Shown here: positions 46,877 to 57,017 of the stretch, one piece after another | Position numbering within the stretch: the first letter of the stretch is position 1 | Layout of the letters: each line of letters begins with the position of its first letter | From: a virus | Lineage: Duplodnaviria; Caudoviricetes | Reading direction: 5' to 3' (one strand) | Virus record (IMG/VR): IMGVR_UViG_3300050034_000334 | DNA: 64,000 nucleotides | Notes under the pieces: model-generated | What the model was told of the DNA's origin: nothing | Seen by the model: the letters and a program-made list of their open reading frames with translations, nothing else | Database searches by the model: none | Position numbers and translations under genes: made by a program

Positions 46877-49800
46877 ATGGGAAGCATCACAAATCCGATT
46901 GTTCAAGCCATCACCACTGCGACAGGGAGACTCTCCAGCCTCGTCAACGCAGGTGCGGCTCTTATCAATTCAGGGCCAGCCGGTAGCATCAATGCAGCAG
47001 GCAATCCTGGTCAAGAGAACTGGTACATCCAAGCCAAGGGAGGAATCAACCGGCTCAATGTTCTCAACAGTCACAAAGTCAACGAATACTACACCAAATC
47101 CTTGGAACAAGGTCGCCTCCTGGAAAACAGCATTGGGGATTCCATGGTTTGGATTCAGGAGAAGAAGAAACAGCTTGATGCCAGGATACTTCATCTGATG
47201 CACATGACCACTCTCGGAACGGATGGTCAACTCCCTACTGCTGCTCGGAAACCAAAGTATATCGTCGACTGTATCAAGTTCATGAAGGAAGTTCAGAAAG
47301 TGATGGGAGAAATATCTGGTCTCGTCACTGCTCTAGAGAAGGATCTCACTACTTTGGTGATGATTGAGAAGAACGTCTTGGGAATGATCCAGGCTTGCCT
47401 CAATATGTTGTCGTCTCTGCTGGCAAACATCTGTAACTGGGGTCTTCCTAAACTCCCTTCGATTCCCTTCATCGTCGGAGACACAATGTGGCGCTTCAAT
47501 GGATTTGGAACTGCTTTGAACCAGTTGATGGCCAAACCTAACCTCTCCTTCAACTTCTCGTTCTCTCAGTGCAATATTACTCCTGCAAATTTGAACATTT
47601 TCAGCAACATTCCGACCAGCATTGCCACGGCCATTCCAAGCTCAGCTATTGGAGCCACTCCGGTCTATATTCCTCCTCTAGACGGTTTGGTTCTCCTGCC
47701 CACAGTTCCAGCCTCTGATCCGGTTTTGTCAACTGTCACGGATACTCCCATATTCAACTCAACATTCGATCCGTTCAATCAGATGCTGGGGAGCGTACCA
47801 GATCCTGTCACTATTGTCAGCAATTACTTGATGCCACCAGATGTTTATCAGAAAAACATCGTGAGTATTGCCCCGGCTCTCAGATCCTTGGTTCTTCCAG
47901 TGGGAGTTGCTCCCACATTGGCAGACATGAACGCTTTGAAGATGGCTCTTAGGCTCAATGTCAATCTGGATTCTTTGGTAGACAGTAACTTTGATCCCTA
48001 CCTGACATCAGCATGGCTCTATGAGCTCAATCTCAATCGACAGGTGATGACTCAAGGACGCGGTGGTCAGTGGATTGCCAACTACCAGGCTATCTACGAT
48101 CAGTATATCCAGCCTTCAGTTGACATTCTGACAAGCACGCCAATTCCTTGGAACAATTTGAACGCACTTGGAATCAACGATCTTCCCACGATTCCTTTGA
48201 TTCCAATTTTGAAGGCTGATTCAACTCGTAACCTAGCTTGGAAATTGTCGTATGTCGAGGCAGCCATCCTTGGCTATCCCAGGACTACCACGTTTGAACA
48301 GGGTCAGGATTCCACATACGTGTCTTCGTTCACCGGCTCAGACCTCGATTACAAGTCAACTCCAGTCGATATGACAGTGGTTTCTACCTACACTCTTGGT
48401 GTTGGGACAGCGGACTATCCAGTCGTAATCTCATATCCGACCAGCATGAACAACGCGCTGATGGATGTGGTGTCGACAGCTGCTACTAGCATCGCAAACA
48501 GTCCGTCATGGCAGTCTTCACATCCCCAGTTCCGATACATCTATAACCAGTTCGCCCAGGCGGCACTGGTAGACAGGTATTCTCAGTTCTGGAGGGAATT
48601 CCGTTCAAACTTGTCTATGTTCTTAACTCAGAATATCGGTCTTATTCAGGAGGTCGTGAGTTATCCGGCGGCTCTCGATTCAGCCATTGATCCTTTGGGA
48701 TCCAACACGATTTACAACACGATGGAAGCCGACTTTCTGTCGAAGAATCAGAACTGGGTGCCAGGTTCCATTCTACTTCCGATTCCAAACGAATTATTTC
48801 TTCCTCAACTTGACAACACTCCTCCTAGTGACACACCTGGATGGAGTGGTGGACTCTTTGATGCTGCAACGTTCTTGGCACGTCCGGATATTCAATCGCA
48901 ATCGATTCCTGTTCAAATGGCAATGCTCCGCACCAACCAGAGCTATGCAAGTCTGATGACCTTCCAGAACAATTTCCAGTCGGCGATTTCAGCAGCAGTG
49001 ACAGCAGCAACCGCTATGATCAGCACTGTTCAGAATTCCGGAGCTCACGTTCTGACAACAATCGACGAACTGGTTCCTACTTCAGCAGGACTGGGAGGAG
49101 TTCCAGTTATTTTTCAGACAGTGGATTACGACAACGGTGGCTTCCTTGAAAATCCAGACACAATAGTCATCAATCAGGGCGGAAGTTATCTCGTCAGCGG
49201 AGATCTGGATTGGGGATCAACCTCTGCTTTGGCCAATCTTGGCTATATGCTCATGCTCAATGGGTCTACAGTCTTGGGCACTGAGACGTTATCGACTGAT
49301 TCAACCGATCCTCAAACTGAAGTCTTTTCCTTGACCTACAACTTCAACACTGGAGATACTATTCAACTGCTTGCATTTTCAAGTGAAGATGTAGAACTTC
49401 AATCAGGAACAGACTTAACGATTACGGTCAATACCAGTCCAGATACAACTAACTCCTTGCCAGTTTCGGTTCCTCCCACGGGTACCATGATGCTCACAGC
49501 CGAAGTCAACCTTGTGGCAGGACAAGCGGTTTCGGTAGACTCAAGTGGTAAAGTTACACCAGTACTTCCCACTCTTGTGGCATTACCTCAAGTTGCCGGA
49601 GAATTTTGTATTCCTTATGTAGACGGTATTGCTCTAGAGTCAGCCACAGCAGGTTCCACAGCTACAGTTGCGAATGCGTATGGTACTACATTTACAGTTT
49701 CTGGAGCATCCTTTACTGTGGGGGGAATCATCTATGTGGCTCACGATGGATCTATGACTCAAGACTATGCAGGAGAAGTTTTAACTAACTGTGATTGGAC

Positions 49801-49906
49801 TGTTGTACTTGGGAAAGCTCTCACTTCAGACACTTTGCTGTTTCAGCCACATCTACCCTATTCACGGTGGGATGCTGGAACATATTCAAATCCAGTATCG
49901 GAATAG
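46877..49906 (+). CDS. large multidomain virion protein (C1q/TNF-like and decoration-like C-terminal domains)
   Basis: VIFQTVDYDNG..IVI.QGG.YLVSG pattern; AGQAV...DGIAL.SA.AG C-terminal pattern. Confidence 0.6.
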   Translation: MGSITNPIVQAITTATGRLSSLVNAGAALINSGPAGSINAAGNPGQENWYIQAKGGINRLNVLNSHKVNEYYTKSLEQGRLLENSIGDSMVWIQEKKKQLDARILHLMHMTTLGTDGQLPTAARKPKYIVDCIKFMKEVQKVMGEISGLVTALEKDLTTLVMIEKNVLGMIQACLNMLSSLLANICNWGLPKLPSIPFIVGDTMWRFNGFGTALNQLMAKPNLSFNFSFSQCNITPANLNIFSNIPTSIATAIPSSAIGATPVYIPPLDGLVLLPTVPASDPVLSTVTDTPIFNSTFDPFNQMLGSVPDPVTIVSNYLMPPDVYQKNIVSIAPALRSLVLPVGVAPTLADMNALKMALRLNVNLDSLVDSNFDPYLTSAWLYELNLNRQVMTQGRGGQWIANYQAIYDQYIQPSVDILTSTPIPWNNLNALGINDLPTIPLIPILKADSTRNLAWKLSYVEAAILGYPRTTTFEQGQDSTYVSSFTGSDLDYKSTPVDMTVVSTYTLGVGTADYPVVISYPTSMNNALMDVVSTAATSIANSPSWQSSHPQFRYIYNQFAQAALVDRYSQFWREFRSNLSMFLTQNIGLIQEVVSYPAALDSAIDPLGSNTIYNTMEADFLSKNQNWVPGSILLPIPNELFLPQLDNTPPSDTPGWSGGLFDAATFLARPDIQSQSIPVQMAMLRTNQSYASLMTFQNNFQSAISAAVTAATAMISTVQNSGAHVLTTIDELVPTSAGLGGVPVIFQTVDYDNGGFLENPDTIVINQGGSYLVSGDLDWGSTSALANLGYMLMLNGSTVLGTETLSTDSTDPQTEVFSLTYNFNTGDTIQLLAFSSEDVELQSGTDLTITVNTSPDTTNSLPVSVPPTGTMMLTAEVNLVAGQAVSVDSSGKVTPVLPTLVALPQVAGEFCIPYVDGIALESATAGSTATVANAYGTTFTVSGASFTVGGIIYVAHDGSMTQDYAGEVLTNCDWTVVLGKALTSDTLLFQPHLPYSRWDAGTYSNPVSE

Positions 49907-49912
49907 GAAGAT

Positions 49913-50317
49913 ATGAGATACGAATTCCAATGTGTTGAATGCAGCACGATTCAAGAAGTTGTCTGTCCGATGTCCAAGGCCAACTTTGACGATCGCGTGT
50001 GTCCGAAATGCGGAGGGGTTGCCAAACACAAACTTGGAGCACCAGCTGTGCTGACTGCCAATATGACACATCAGACTATTGATGTCGCAGTTGGTAGAGA
50101 TGCCAATGCCAGGTGGGACGATATTCATAGAAGACAAGAACTTCGAGAGAAGGTCCGTACGGAATCCAAGACCCAGGGTGTCTCTCTTACTGGACGAAAC
50201 GAGTTCCAACCCCTGTCTGACTTAAAAAAGACGATCCGTACTGATACCAACAAGCAACTACAGACTAAAGGATACGAGAGCCTCTCTGAAGGGGATGCTC
50301 GTCTCATAAAGCGATAG
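49913..50317 (+). CDS. FmdB-family zinc-ribbon protein
   Basis: M.YEFQC..C ... CPKCGG. Confidence 0.8.
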   Translation: MRYEFQCVECSTIQEVVCPMSKANFDDRVCPKCGGVAKHKLGAPAVLTANMTHQTIDVAVGRDANARWDDIHRRQELREKVRTESKTQGVSLTGRNEFQPLSDLKKTIRTDTNKQLQTKGYESLSEGDARLIKR

Positions 50318-50424
50318 TGAACTTCTCTTTTTGATTGTTGAGAAAGGATATCAAAACCAAAAAGAGAATTCCTTTGTTCTTTATAGAGACGCTAAGCAAC
50401 CCGAGTCTTCAGGGAGAAATCAAA

Positions 50425-53400
50425 ATGGCTCTTTTCGACCAGTACACAAAGCCCGGTGTTTATACAGACGTGAAGATTGTGAATGCGGGCACTCCGCTTT
50501 TCGGCACGGCTCGTGTCCCGGTGCTCATCGGAGAAGGTGTTCAGTCCTTCACGTACTCCGATGTCGAAATTCCTCGCGGGTCTGTGGCGGGTGGCAATGA
50601 GTCGGTGGTTGGCGAGGACATTTCATCTCAAGCCAATGGAATCACCACTGTATTCCAGCTTTCCTACTACCCGGTTGTGACTGGCGACGGAACCGACACA
50701 GTTTCCACCAATCCTGCTGATATCACGGTCTCGGCCAACGGAATCCAGTGTGCAGTTGCTGCTTTGAACGGCGCTCTTGGCCAGTTCACCTGCTACGAGA
50801 TCCCTGCCGGCTCAGATGTGGTGGTCAACTATTCCTTCGATCGCACCGATACACTGATCACCAACGAGAATCTGACCAACCAGATTCCCACCTTCGCTTC
50901 CCTGACTCTCCAGACTCTCGCCCTGTCTCTTTCGGTTCCTGGGGCGACAGGCAATGAAGTGACTTTGGCCTTCACCCTGGCTTCTTCAATGAATGGAGTT
51001 GCTGACGTTGCAGCGGTCACGGTCAATGGCAATGCAGTGAGTGTGGAACTTCGGAACAACGACATTGGCAACACCATTCGCACCGTGGGCAAAGTGGCTT
51101 CTCTGCTCAACAATGTTCTGACTCTGTCGGCAGGGTATATCCTGGTCGCTTCTGCTTCTACCACACCGGCAACTGCTGTCTCAGCCACTCCTTTTGTTGG
51201 TGGAACTGGTCAGAGCACCAACACGACTTTCTCCGTATCTCACCTTCCCATCACCGACGGATCGAACGCTGGAGCCGCAACCACTACTCCTTCCGATGTG
51301 ACGGTTTTGGTGAACGGCACAGCAGCTTCAGTCACGGCAGTCAATGGAGCAGCAGGACAGTTCACTCTGGCAACAGGCGTCACCACTGGCCAGACTCTGG
51401 AAGTCTCCTACTACACCAACACCTACCAGAGAACCTTCGACGTCATTCCTTCTCCGAATGTCAGTTCGATCATTGAAGTGGGCCTTGGTCCCGACAGATC
51501 TGACTATATTCAGGGAATTGACTACGTCCTCAGTGGCAACACCATCTCCTGGGGAGCAGCGGTCACCACAGAACAGGGAGCAGTGATCGGCACAACCGCT
51601 CCTTTCAACGGTCTCTACATCATCACGACCTTGAAGGACGATCATGCGTATCTTCGTAAGGTAACTGGTGGAATCAGCAACAGCGTCAACCTGAGCTTCA
51701 CTCTGGCTGACGTGCCGGTTGATGGATCTGGTCTGGGCAATCCGACCAATGACCCTTCTCTGATCAAGGTGTACGTGGGAACGGATCCGATCGCGGCTTT
51801 CACTTCAGGAGTTGTGACGGTTTCGAGCCTTCGTGGAGATTCGGCGACGGTGGTTCTCAAGAATCCTCCGGCAATCGGATCTTTCGTGTATGCTTCTTAC
51901 TATCGCTCTGTGCTGAACGATCACACCCTTTCACTGACGGCCACGAATCCGGCTGCTAGTGGATACATCATCACTGACGAAAACGGCATCGTTGTTCCGA
52001 CAGCCCAGATCACTACGATCATGACTGGCGGCGGTATAACCCCGGCTTCTGAAAGCACCACGATGGTCTGGCCTTACAGCTTCTCCGATCTCAAGGCAGC
52101 GATCGAAGGACCGAACGAAGTTGTGACTCTCACCTTCCAGAATGACAGCCTGTACCAGAACACGGTTCCTGGAACTCAGGCTGGCGCCACTATCCAGCAC
52201 CTGGTCCTGCAGGCCACAACAATTGGCGTCAATGTTACCACCAATGTCTCTTTCGTGGCAGGAGCACCAGTGGCGGACAGTCTTGCCGTGACTGTAACTG
52301 GAGAAGCGATTTCGGTGAACATCACCACTTCTATCTCCGGTGTTCGCACCATGGGAGACATTCTCACCATTTTCGACACCTATCCAGTTTCCACTACTCT
52401 GGCTGGTGTCGTTCTTGCTACTCTTTCCAGCACGTACACCGCAACCCCGGCAACGGCAGCTGGTCCGATCAGTTTCAGTGGAGGCACCGCCACCACTGGA
52501 ACCAATCCATACGCGGATCGCTTCATCGTGACTTCTACTCTATCCAGTGGTTCTGCTGGCACTGGCTACGTGGGACAGACCTATGTCGATGCCAGAACAG
52601 GACTGAAGTTCACTCTGGTTCCGATGTTTCCATCCACTGCTGCTCTCAGCTATGGATACACTTCTGCTCCATCTGGATACATCTGGGAGCCTGCTGACAC
52701 AATTGCCATCACGGTGTCTAACGCAACAACTCGCCATGCTTCACAGATTCCCACCATCGACGTTCCGGGAGTCTGGACTGAAGTCGAGCAGTTCTTCAAT
52801 GTGGGCACCGGCAACACGGCCATCATCACGACCTTCAATGGATCTGGCAATGGACCTTCGGTGGGTGAGTACTACTACATCACCTACACGGTCGCAAAGC
52901 AGGCCAGCGACTACGCTCTGAAGTTGTACACCAGCGCGGCGGATGCCTATGCGGCATACGGACAGCCTTCTGCTATCAACCGTCTGTCCTTGGGCATCTA
53001 TCTCGCAACTCTCAATGGTGCTCAGACCTTTGGTTGCATCCAGGTCCCACAGCAGCTTAACTCGAACCAGGCCGCCGATTCCGAGTACATCGCGGCTTTG
53101 CAGACTTTGACCACAACTCTACCAGGAAGCGATTCCAAGGTCAACGTGATCGTGCCTCTCAGCACTTCGCTGACGGTACAGCAGGCACTTTCTCGCCAGC
53201 TGATCACCCAGGCTCAGATTCGCAATCGTGGAGAGGCAATCGGATTCGTGGGCTTCAATCAGTTCACCACTCCGACTCTGGCTCGCCAGTATGCTCGGTC
53301 TCTCGCCAATTCCCGCGTTGTCGCGGTGGCTCCATTCTACGCAGCCGTGCAGCTTCCCACGCAGGATGCCAACGGAGTCTTCGAAGTCATCGGTGTGACG

Positions 53401-53919
53401 GGCGAATTCATTGCGGCGGCTCTTGCCGGCCTGAACCTCAACACGGCAAACGACGTTGCAACCTCGCTCACCAACCAGAACCTGGTAGGATTCACTCAGC
53501 TTCTGCAACGCTACGACGATCCCACCAAGGATCTCATGGCAGGAAGCGGAATCACGGTCTTGGAAGAGAACAACGGAGCACTGTATGTTCGCGACTACCT
53601 GACCACTGATCCTTCGAACCCGATCACCAGCGAGCCGACTTCCACCACTATCGTCGACTACACTCGCCAGCAGTTCCGCCTTGGCCTCAAGCAGTTCATC
53701 GCTCGCAAGTTCACGGCTCAACTCCTGAACGACATCACGATCGTCTCCAACTCGATCTTGACGTCACTGGTTGGCAACGAAATTCTATCGGCTTTCGCAA
53801 ATCTGTCGGTGGTTGCAAGTCCGACCGATCCAACCGTCGCTCTGGTCACTGTGGCCATCAAGCCTATCTTCGCTCTGAAGTACATCCAGGTCACCTTCTC
53901 GGTGGCTACACAGCTGTAA
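50425..53919 (+). CDS. contractile tail sheath protein (enlarged)
   Basis: Y.KPGVY start after GGAG RBS; conserved C-terminal sheath domain (AAALAG, L...G...L, I...PIF.LKYI.V). Confidence 0.9.
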   Translation: MALFDQYTKPGVYTDVKIVNAGTPLFGTARVPVLIGEGVQSFTYSDVEIPRGSVAGGNESVVGEDISSQANGITTVFQLSYYPVVTGDGTDTVSTNPADITVSANGIQCAVAALNGALGQFTCYEIPAGSDVVVNYSFDRTDTLITNENLTNQIPTFASLTLQTLALSLSVPGATGNEVTLAFTLASSMNGVADVAAVTVNGNAVSVELRNNDIGNTIRTVGKVASLLNNVLTLSAGYILVASASTTPATAVSATPFVGGTGQSTNTTFSVSHLPITDGSNAGAATTTPSDVTVLVNGTAASVTAVNGAAGQFTLATGVTTGQTLEVSYYTNTYQRTFDVIPSPNVSSIIEVGLGPDRSDYIQGIDYVLSGNTISWGAAVTTEQGAVIGTTAPFNGLYIITTLKDDHAYLRKVTGGISNSVNLSFTLADVPVDGSGLGNPTNDPSLIKVYVGTDPIAAFTSGVVTVSSLRGDSATVVLKNPPAIGSFVYASYYRSVLNDHTLSLTATNPAASGYIITDENGIVVPTAQITTIMTGGGITPASESTTMVWPYSFSDLKAAIEGPNEVVTLTFQNDSLYQNTVPGTQAGATIQHLVLQATTIGVNVTTNVSFVAGAPVADSLAVTVTGEAISVNITTSISGVRTMGDILTIFDTYPVSTTLAGVVLATLSSTYTATPATAAGPISFSGGTATTGTNPYADRFIVTSTLSSGSAGTGYVGQTYVDARTGLKFTLVPMFPSTAALSYGYTSAPSGYIWEPADTIAITVSNATTRHASQIPTIDVPGVWTEVEQFFNVGTGNTAIITTFNGSGNGPSVGEYYYITYTVAKQASDYALKLYTSAADAYAAYGQPSAINRLSLGIYLATLNGAQTFGCIQVPQQLNSNQAADSEYIAALQTLTTTLPGSDSKVNVIVPLSTSLTVQQALSRQLITQAQIRNRGEAIGFVGFNQFTTPTLARQYARSLANSRVVAVAPFYAAVQLPTQDANGVFEVIGVTGEFIAAALAGLNLNTANDVATSLTNQNLVGFTQLLQRYDDPTKDLMAGSGITVLEENNGALYVRDYLTTDPSNPITSEPTSTTIVDYTRQQFRLGLKQFIARKFTAQLLNDITIVSNSILTSLVGNEILSAFANLSVVASPTDPTVALVTVAIKPIFALKYIQVTFSVATQL

Positions 53920-53924
53920 CCCAC

Positions 53925-53950
53925 GGGGAGGAGCGATCCTCCCCACATTT
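53925..53950 (+). terminator. intrinsic terminator after sheath
   Basis: GGGGAGGA-gcga-TCCTCCCC then ACATTTT. Confidence 0.65.
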
Positions 53951-53969
53951 TCTCGTCTGGTGAAGACAA

Positions 53970-54812
53970 ATGAAATCAAAGATGATCGCGCGTCGCAAGC
54001 AAGCAGCACCTCCGGTAACTCCTGCGGCCCCGGCTCCTCCAAAGCCTGTGGCTGCTCCACCTCCGGTTCCTGGTGTTGGTGCACCTCCAGTTCCTACGGC
54101 TCCTCAGGAATACCAATCCACTGATGAAGCTCTCAAGGCTGTCAGCACTGACGTCCTGGCTTCAATGGTGAAGGCTCTCGTGGGTGGCAAGGAATTTGCG
54201 AACGACAAGGCGGCTCAGTTCTTGATCGAAACCATGACGGCTGAACTCAAGACTCGTCCGGTCCAGGTCGAGGATGGCGAACCTCGTCTCGCCTCCAACA
54301 AGAAGAAGGCCGGTTGGATTTCCGTCAACGACAAGACCATGGATCTCGAAGAAGGTGGCGATCGAGTTCCGGAAATTGCTGAAGCTCACGGAAAGCTGGA
54401 AGATCACACTGGCATCGTGAAGACCAGGGTGGTTCTCCCCGAGAAGCTCGCTGCTGCTGAAATTTCTACGGCTTCTGCAGTAAAGAAGGCTGAAGGATAC
54501 GTTGCCAGTCTGAAGAACACATACCTCGAATCCAAGGTTCTGAGCACTGTCAATGGAACTCGTCCAGTTCGCGAAGCGGTCGAGTCCATCTATGCTGCCT
54601 CTCTTCGGATGGCCGATGCGACAAAGACACTTGCCAAACAGCAAGAGCAGGAAGAAGAGGAATCCGAAAAGGCCAGGAAGGCTCTTGAAACCAAGAAGTC
54701 AAGTTCGAAGTACAAGCTGGGCGGTTTGATGGTCGCGGCGGCTGAAGACGAGATCAAAGAAGACATTTGCAAGACTTGCAGAAAGCCTCAGTCTGCTTGT
54801 ACCTGCGAGTAG
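53970..54812 (+). CDS. hypothetical virion-associated protein (KxA motifs)
   Basis: RRKQAA, KKKAG, Pro-rich N-terminus; between sheath and tube. Confidence 0.75.
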   Translation: MKSKMIARRKQAAPPVTPAAPAPPKPVAAPPPVPGVGAPPVPTAPQEYQSTDEALKAVSTDVLASMVKALVGGKEFANDKAAQFLIETMTAELKTRPVQVEDGEPRLASNKKKAGWISVNDKTMDLEEGGDRVPEIAEAHGKLEDHTGIVKTRVVLPEKLAAAEISTASAVKKAEGYVASLKNTYLESKVLSTVNGTRPVREAVESIYAASLRMADATKTLAKQQEQEEEESEKARKALETKKSSSKYKLGGLMVAAAEDEIKEDICKTCRKPQSACTCE

Positions 54813-54871
54813 TTTCTTCAAGTTTTCTTACTACCGGGCACCAGAGTTAGAAGCACACAGGAGATTGAATC

Positions 54872-55555
54872 ATGGCAACGGGCGCATATCTTTACCAAGA
54901 GGGGGCAACTCCTCAAACAAGCACAGTCCTGAGCACCCGCTTCCGCATCTTTTCACATGCGGTGGGCAACGGCAAGTTCACGAAGTTGGGAGTGACGTCT
55001 TCTTTCAACATTCAGGAACAACGCAATGTCGAAGCGGTGCGTGGCTTGGGATTTGGCGATCAGGTTGCTGAGCTTGTGCCCGGAGTGACGGCCCCGATGT
55101 CAATCTCTGTGAATCGCACCGCTCTGTACCTGGCAAATCTTCAGCAGATGATGGGATACAAGGCTGGCGTTTCCGGCCTGGTCCGTTCACTGCGTCACCA
55201 CAAGTGGCCCTTCGATATCAAGACCGAGATCGCCTTCTCGGAACTGGTGTCCGAGCTTGGCAGTGGTGCAGGCCCCGATTCAACAGTGGCGTCCTACTTC
55301 AACAGCGAGGGCGGTCTCAACAACTATGGCAACACCGGAATCTACGCTGTGGCCACGGTTTACGAGGGATGCTGGATGGAGTCCTACACATCCAACTACC
55401 AGGTCGAGCAGGCAGCGGTAACTGAAGATTGCCAGATTGTGGTGACGGATATCTTTGATTGCAGTGGGAGCGTGTACGGTGAGTTCATCGACGGAGGACT
55501 CAATAAAAATGACCCCACCGGCAGAAGCCTCTTGTTTTCTTTAGTTGGAAGCTAA
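54872..55555 (+). CDS. tail tube protein
   Basis: E.VRGLGFGD..AELVPG, YEGCW..SY; AGGAG RBS; downstream of sheath. Confidence 0.75.
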   Translation: MATGAYLYQEGATPQTSTVLSTRFRIFSHAVGNGKFTKLGVTSSFNIQEQRNVEAVRGLGFGDQVAELVPGVTAPMSISVNRTALYLANLQQMMGYKAGVSGLVRSLRHHKWPFDIKTEIAFSELVSELGSGAGPDSTVASYFNSEGGLNNYGNTGIYAVATVYEGCWMESYTSNYQVEQAAVTEDCQIVVTDIFDCSGSVYGEFIDGGLNKNDPTGRSLLFSLVGS

Positions 55556-55640
55556 CCCAGTTTACTGACACAAGTCTGAACTTCGCAGTATTAGAGAGGT
55601 GAGCAGAACATCGTTCACCTTTTCTATTGCGAGGATTCCA

Positions 55641-56567
55641 ATGAACGTCTTCACCGTTTATAAAACCGTCAATCTGATCAATCATCGCTATTATCAAGGA
55701 GTCCACGAAACTTCTAATCCCAACGACAGCTATCTAGGTTCCGGCATCGTTCTCACAAGAGCCGTAGCCAAGTATGGTGCCAGCAACTTCTCCAAAGAAA
55801 TCTTATTCGTATACAACACAGCAGAAGAAGCCTTCTCCAAAGAGGTCGAACTTTGCGCTATTTCCAAAAATGATCCTCTTTGCTACAATCTACATCCCGG
55901 TGGCAAAGGAGGTTTCAAGTTCATACTAGATCATCACCTGATGACTCCAGTACCCAAAGAATTCCTCACAGGTCGCAAGCCCGGTTCCAAGAATCTCATT
56001 GTCCCTGTCACAATATTTCCTGAACCAGTTTGTAAGTACGGATGTGGACTAGGAGCCAGGTTTCTTCTTGGAGAGAAAGGCACTCCTTGCTGCTCTGATC
56101 ATTCTGGTAAGTGTGCCGGATATAAAGCCTCAAAGAAGTCCACCAAAGTGAAACGAATCTATAAACAAGAGTTGATCTGTTTCTACGGATGTGATAGGTC
56201 TGCCAGCTATCTTCTAGGAGTTAGTGAGAAACCTTGTTGTTCCAAATCCTTTTACGATTGTCCTGGTCACTGGAATAATAGACCGAGCATATCTCTTCCG
56301 GAAATGAGAGCAAAATCAGAGATTACTATGTTGAAGAGGTACGGAGTAGTTAATCCGTCATCGGATCCTGAACTTCTCGCTAAAAGAACAGCAACTAATG
56401 TTAGACTCTATGGAGGAGCCAGCCCCACCTGTGATTCCACCGTTAATCAAAAGCGCATTCGTACCAACAAGAAACGCTTTGGTGGCAACGCTCCAGCCTG
56501 TTCTAAGGAAATCAGGGACAAGATGAATGCTACTCGGAGGAAATCCAAACTTCTCCCCTCTTCTTAG
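55641..56567 (+). CDS. GIY-YIG homing endonuclease with two Cys-rich zinc modules
   Basis: VYKTVN....YYQGVH..Y.GSG, YNL..GG; C..GC...CCS...C.G twice; KRYGV.NP tail. Confidence 0.88.
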   Translation: MNVFTVYKTVNLINHRYYQGVHETSNPNDSYLGSGIVLTRAVAKYGASNFSKEILFVYNTAEEAFSKEVELCAISKNDPLCYNLHPGGKGGFKFILDHHLMTPVPKEFLTGRKPGSKNLIVPVTIFPEPVCKYGCGLGARFLLGEKGTPCCSDHSGKCAGYKASKKSTKVKRIYKQELICFYGCDRSASYLLGVSEKPCCSKSFYDCPGHWNNRPSISLPEMRAKSEITMLKRYGVVNPSSDPELLAKRTATNVRLYGGASPTCDSTVNQKRIRTNKKRFGGNAPACSKEIRDKMNATRRKSKLLPSS

Positions 56568-56574
56568 AGGCAAT

Positions 56575-56991
56575 ATGATGTATAGTCGTCTTCTCCAGCC
56601 TAAGACTGCAGTCTTCTACGCTTCCCCTGAAGGAGAAACTGACGATCCATTCTATGGACCTATTCCCAGAGGGGTGGGCGGTGCAGATCTTGACGGTATT
56701 CCGGACTCTCCGATAAACAACAAAACTCCTGAATATGCTGAGGAGTCTCGCGGGTACAAGAACCCTCTGGCTGAGAAGGGAACTGAGAACAAGGATGAGG
56801 ATGCCAACTTGGTGGAAGGAATTCCTCCCGGTTTGATTGTGGCAGGAGTGGATATCCACGAGTCTCCGACGAAGCTCCCGCCGCGCAATGATCTACGCAG
56901 ACACCTCGACAAAGACGCTCTAGAAGAAGATGAAGAGCCTGAGATGAGGCATCTGATCTCATGTTTAGTAGTTGCTGAGAAGGAAATCTGA
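56575..56991 (+). CDS. hypothetical acidic protein (KxA-motif)
   Basis: GAGG RBS, starts MMYSRLLQPKTA. Confidence 0.7.
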   Translation: MMYSRLLQPKTAVFYASPEGETDDPFYGPIPRGVGGADLDGIPDSPINNKTPEYAEESRGYKNPLAEKGTENKDEDANLVEGIPPGLIVAGVDIHESPTKLPPRNDLRRHLDKDALEEDEEPEMRHLISCLVVAEKEI

Positions 56992-57017
56992 CTAAGAGAC
57001 TCTCTATAGGAAGCACA

